DNA from: Azolla caroliniana
Taxonomy: Eukaryota; Plantae; Polypodiophyta
Direction of reading: 5' to 3'
DNA length: 64,000 bases
Assembly: GCA_043228905.1 (NCBI GenBank)
Contig: JBHGNT010000007.1
Span: 15,872,001 to 15,936,000, forward strand
Part shown: positions 61,068-64,000 of the stretch, one piece after another
How the letters are laid out: each line of letters begins with the position of its first letter
How positions within the stretch are numbered: the first letter of the stretch is position 1
Position numbers and translations under genes: made by a program
Notes under the pieces: model-generated
Database searches by the model: none
The model's input: only the letters and a program-made list of their open reading frames with translations
Told to the model about the DNA's origin: nothing

Positions 61068-64000
61068 TGTCGCGAAGTTTCGCGCGCGTATGTTACTTGG
61101 GCGGGACCACGGGGGTCTTGCACTAGGGAGTACTCACGGGATAGAGAAGACCCGAGGTTTGCTTTATGGCAATACTACTTCCCGACCCCTTCCCAAGCAA
61201 GGTCTCGTTGCCCTTTGTTTTGTGAGGCCGGTGGCTCTCGTTGATCACGACTCGTCGACCTTTCGAGATCACCACACGATCAAAGTGATGAAATGGGTAC
61301 AAGCAAGATGAGCACACAAGATGAACGCACAAGGGGACGATAACACAAACACGAATGCCCATGCATCTTTATGAAGAGGAGAGGTGCATGGGCACGCCTG
61401 AACGCTCCCTCGTCACAAGACGTCGAACGTACAACGAAGACACAAAACACACGCACAAATGCTCGTACGCCTTTATGAGGAGAGGTGCATGGGCACTCCC
61501 GAAACGCTCCCTCATCACAAGACGGCCAAACGTACAAGGAAGACACAAACACACACACAAAATGCTCGTACGCCTTTATGAGGAGGAGAGGTGCATGGGC
61601 AAGCCCGAACGCTCCCTCATCACGACACTATCAAATGTACAAGGAAGACACAAACACACACACGAAATGCTTGTATGCCTTTATAAGGAGGAGAGGTGCA
61701 TGGGCAAGCCCGAAACGGTTCCTCGTCAAAAGATGGCCAAACGTACAAGGAAGACACAAACACACGCACAAATGCTCGTACATCTTTATGAGGAGTAGAG
61801 GTGCATGGGCACGCCTAAAACGCTCCCTCGTCACAAGACGACCGAACGTACAAGGAAGACACAAACACACACCCAAATGCTCGTACGCCTTTACGAGGAG
61901 GAGAGGTGCATGGGCAAGCCTGAAATGGTCCCTCATCAGAAGATGGCCGAACGAACAAGGAAGACACAAACACACGCACAAAATGCTCATATGCCATTAT
62001 GAGGACGAGAGCTGCATGGGCAAGCCCAAAACGGTCCCTCGTCACAAGACGGCCAAACGTACAAGGAAGACACGAACAAAGAAAGAAGGAAAGAAAGAAA
62101 CACGAATGATATCGGCCAAAGAAATAAATACATGTTTGATTCCAACACAAGATGACCCTTTATAAAATAGGGTTTGATTACAATGGCAACTTATAGTTAA
62201 CCACAAGCTCAATCAAAACATAAATACTAAATGCCCTTAGAGACAAGAGGAAATCCGAACACGGCGAAGATGAACACACGAGCACCACCAAAATGCCAAT
62301 CCCAACGAACCACGACCACCCGAACGGCGAGCACACGGGCTCGCAACGACGAACGGGGCGGAGTAATGTCGAACCAACGAAGCTTGGGCTCATGAACACT
62401 TTGAGTGCCGATGCAAAGAAGACGAGCACATGGCGGCGGGGGGATGAAGGGGTATGAGATGAAGAGAAGTTGTGAATAAGGAGATGAAGAGCTCCGAAGG
62501 AAAAATGGCGATAGTCTCCTCCTCCCAAAATGTCCTCCCCGAATGAGCCCCCCTCGACCTCCTTTTTTAGGAAAAAAGGAAGGGGAGGTCGCCAATTTTG
62601 TCTTTAATGAAAAAAAGGAATAAAATTCCTTAAATCACACTACATTGTAAGACTAGATTTGAACCTTGCACCTCTAATTAGAAATCAATGTGACTATCCA
62701 CTAGCTCATTAACTCTCTTGTATATAATGTATGATTCTACCTCTATAAATTCATAGCATGTCTCCCCTCTACCTTTTATCTCTCCTCTCTCTTACTTTTT
62801 GCACGAGCTTCTATAACTCCTTTCCACCCTTTCTTTTCCCTTTTATTTTGCATATGCACAATTAATCGTCTTTGTGTGTACACACATTGCACATACACAT
62901 TTTGACCCCCCCTTTCGCCGGTTTTTCCCACTCTCGAGCACGCCACATCACGACATCCACCCCCGCCAAACGGCACATCCTCTGGTATGTGCCAAGAATG
63001 GCGGGCTAAGGGTGGTCAATAGTTCATTTCCTCCTCCTCATTAACCCCATGGCTTGTTGTTTGCTCACCTTTATCTTCGTCAAGGTCATCGAGGTTTGGC
63101 TCCTAGTCGTGTCACTTTTTGAAGATTTTGACCTGCTTCCTGGCTATTGGTACAGCCACCTTAGTCCCATCGAGTTCAGCAAGATGGTAGGTAGCATTAT
63201 CGTTTGCAGTCGTTACCATGTACGGCCCGAACCATCGCTTTGCGAATTTACGCATCGAGCTATGTTGATTGTCGAGACTACTATCATATACAATCACCCA
63301 GTCTCCTTCTGCGACCTTCCGAGGGCATAGTCGGTGTGTCTTGTCGAACCGGGCTTTGTTACTTAACCTAGCCACTGCTAACCTCTCCTTTGCCAACTCC
63401 AAGTCTTTGGGTCTTCCCTCAAGTTGCCTTATCCTTGTTGCGAGAAGCTCTTCTCAACTCATCTCATCTTCCCACGTCATCGCTACCCATGACGCGACCA
63501 TGTCTTCAATGGGCATCACCGGCTGTTGTCCGTACATGAGTTCAGCTGGCATGAAACCTGTAATTGAGCTATGAGTTGTTCTGTGCGCCCACAAGGAATA
63601 AGGTAGTAACTAAGTCCAATTCCCGACTCGCCCATCGTAAGCTCTTACAATGGTTTTTACGATGGGCCCGTGTTCGCGTTCTATCTTTCCATTAGCCTCC
63701 GGGTTATAAGCAGTCGTGAGAGAGAGCTTCACTCCAATTCGTTCAAAGAGCTCTGTAGCTTTGTGAGCATTCAACTCTCATCTGTCGGCCACTATCTTTG
63801 CCACACATCCGTACCGGCAGATGACATCCTCGAGTAAGAATTTACACACCCCCGTCGTCGTTTTGTTTGCCAAGGCTCATCCTTCTACTTGGTTTGTTAG
63901 GTCTTTCTTCTCTTGCTAGCACCAAATATTTCATTTGGCCCACTCCCATCGTCATCGAAACCAAATCCACCATCCATTTGAAGTGTTTGGTGAGTGGGTA
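61068..64000 (-). mobile_element. Gypsy G2 (G1-related): integrase, PPT and 3' LTR 61068-62955; runs off the window
   Basis: Integrase reads NKARFDKTHRL..RWFGPY. PPT GGCGGGGGTGGA precedes an LTR with TGTCG...CGACA termini. Confidence 0.88.
61340..62075. repeat. ~104-bp tandem repeat (~7 copies) inside the G2 LTR
   Basis: Unit cacaaacacacgcacaaatgctcgtacgcctttatgaggaggagaggtgcatgggc...cgtacaaggaaga. Confidence 0.92.

Noticed and set aside
61355-62165. ORFs of 100-226 aa in several frames
   Set aside because: They are by-products of the 104-bp LTR tandem repeat; the same applies to ORFs over 14950-15458, 17892-18266 and 38335-38750.

Overview
This is repeat-dense eukaryotic DNA, most likely from a non-seed land plant (inferred from the transposon repertoire). 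It has no intact host gene and is a multi-layer nest of transposons. It contains decayed Ty1/copia elements, several Ty3/gypsy families, a Sola-like DDD DNA transposon carrying an FCP1/NIF-like ORF, a pogo-like MITE and a 1.55-kb foldback element. One Tcn1/Tf1-like chromovirus (51758-57420) is intact and very young. Highlight 1: two LTR elements with unrelated LTRs carry an antisense tRNA-Arg-complementary site plus a GTGC-NNN-GCAC hairpin where the polypurine tract should be, suggesting tRNA-primed second-strand synthesis ('dual-PBS' retrotransposons). Highlight 2: two divergent endonuclease-free Penelope-like elements each end in a TATA/CATTTGTA/hammerhead-ribozyme module; one has a 38-bp TSD and in-frame (CCCTAA)n repeats. 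Highlight 3: the chromovirus has a perfect heat-shock element, a self-priming signal, a -1 frameshift signal and a tRNA-like module in its LTR. Highlight 4: a non-autonomous LTR element has captured an Hsp90 fragment. All calls were made by eye without database searches, and some boundaries are approximate.
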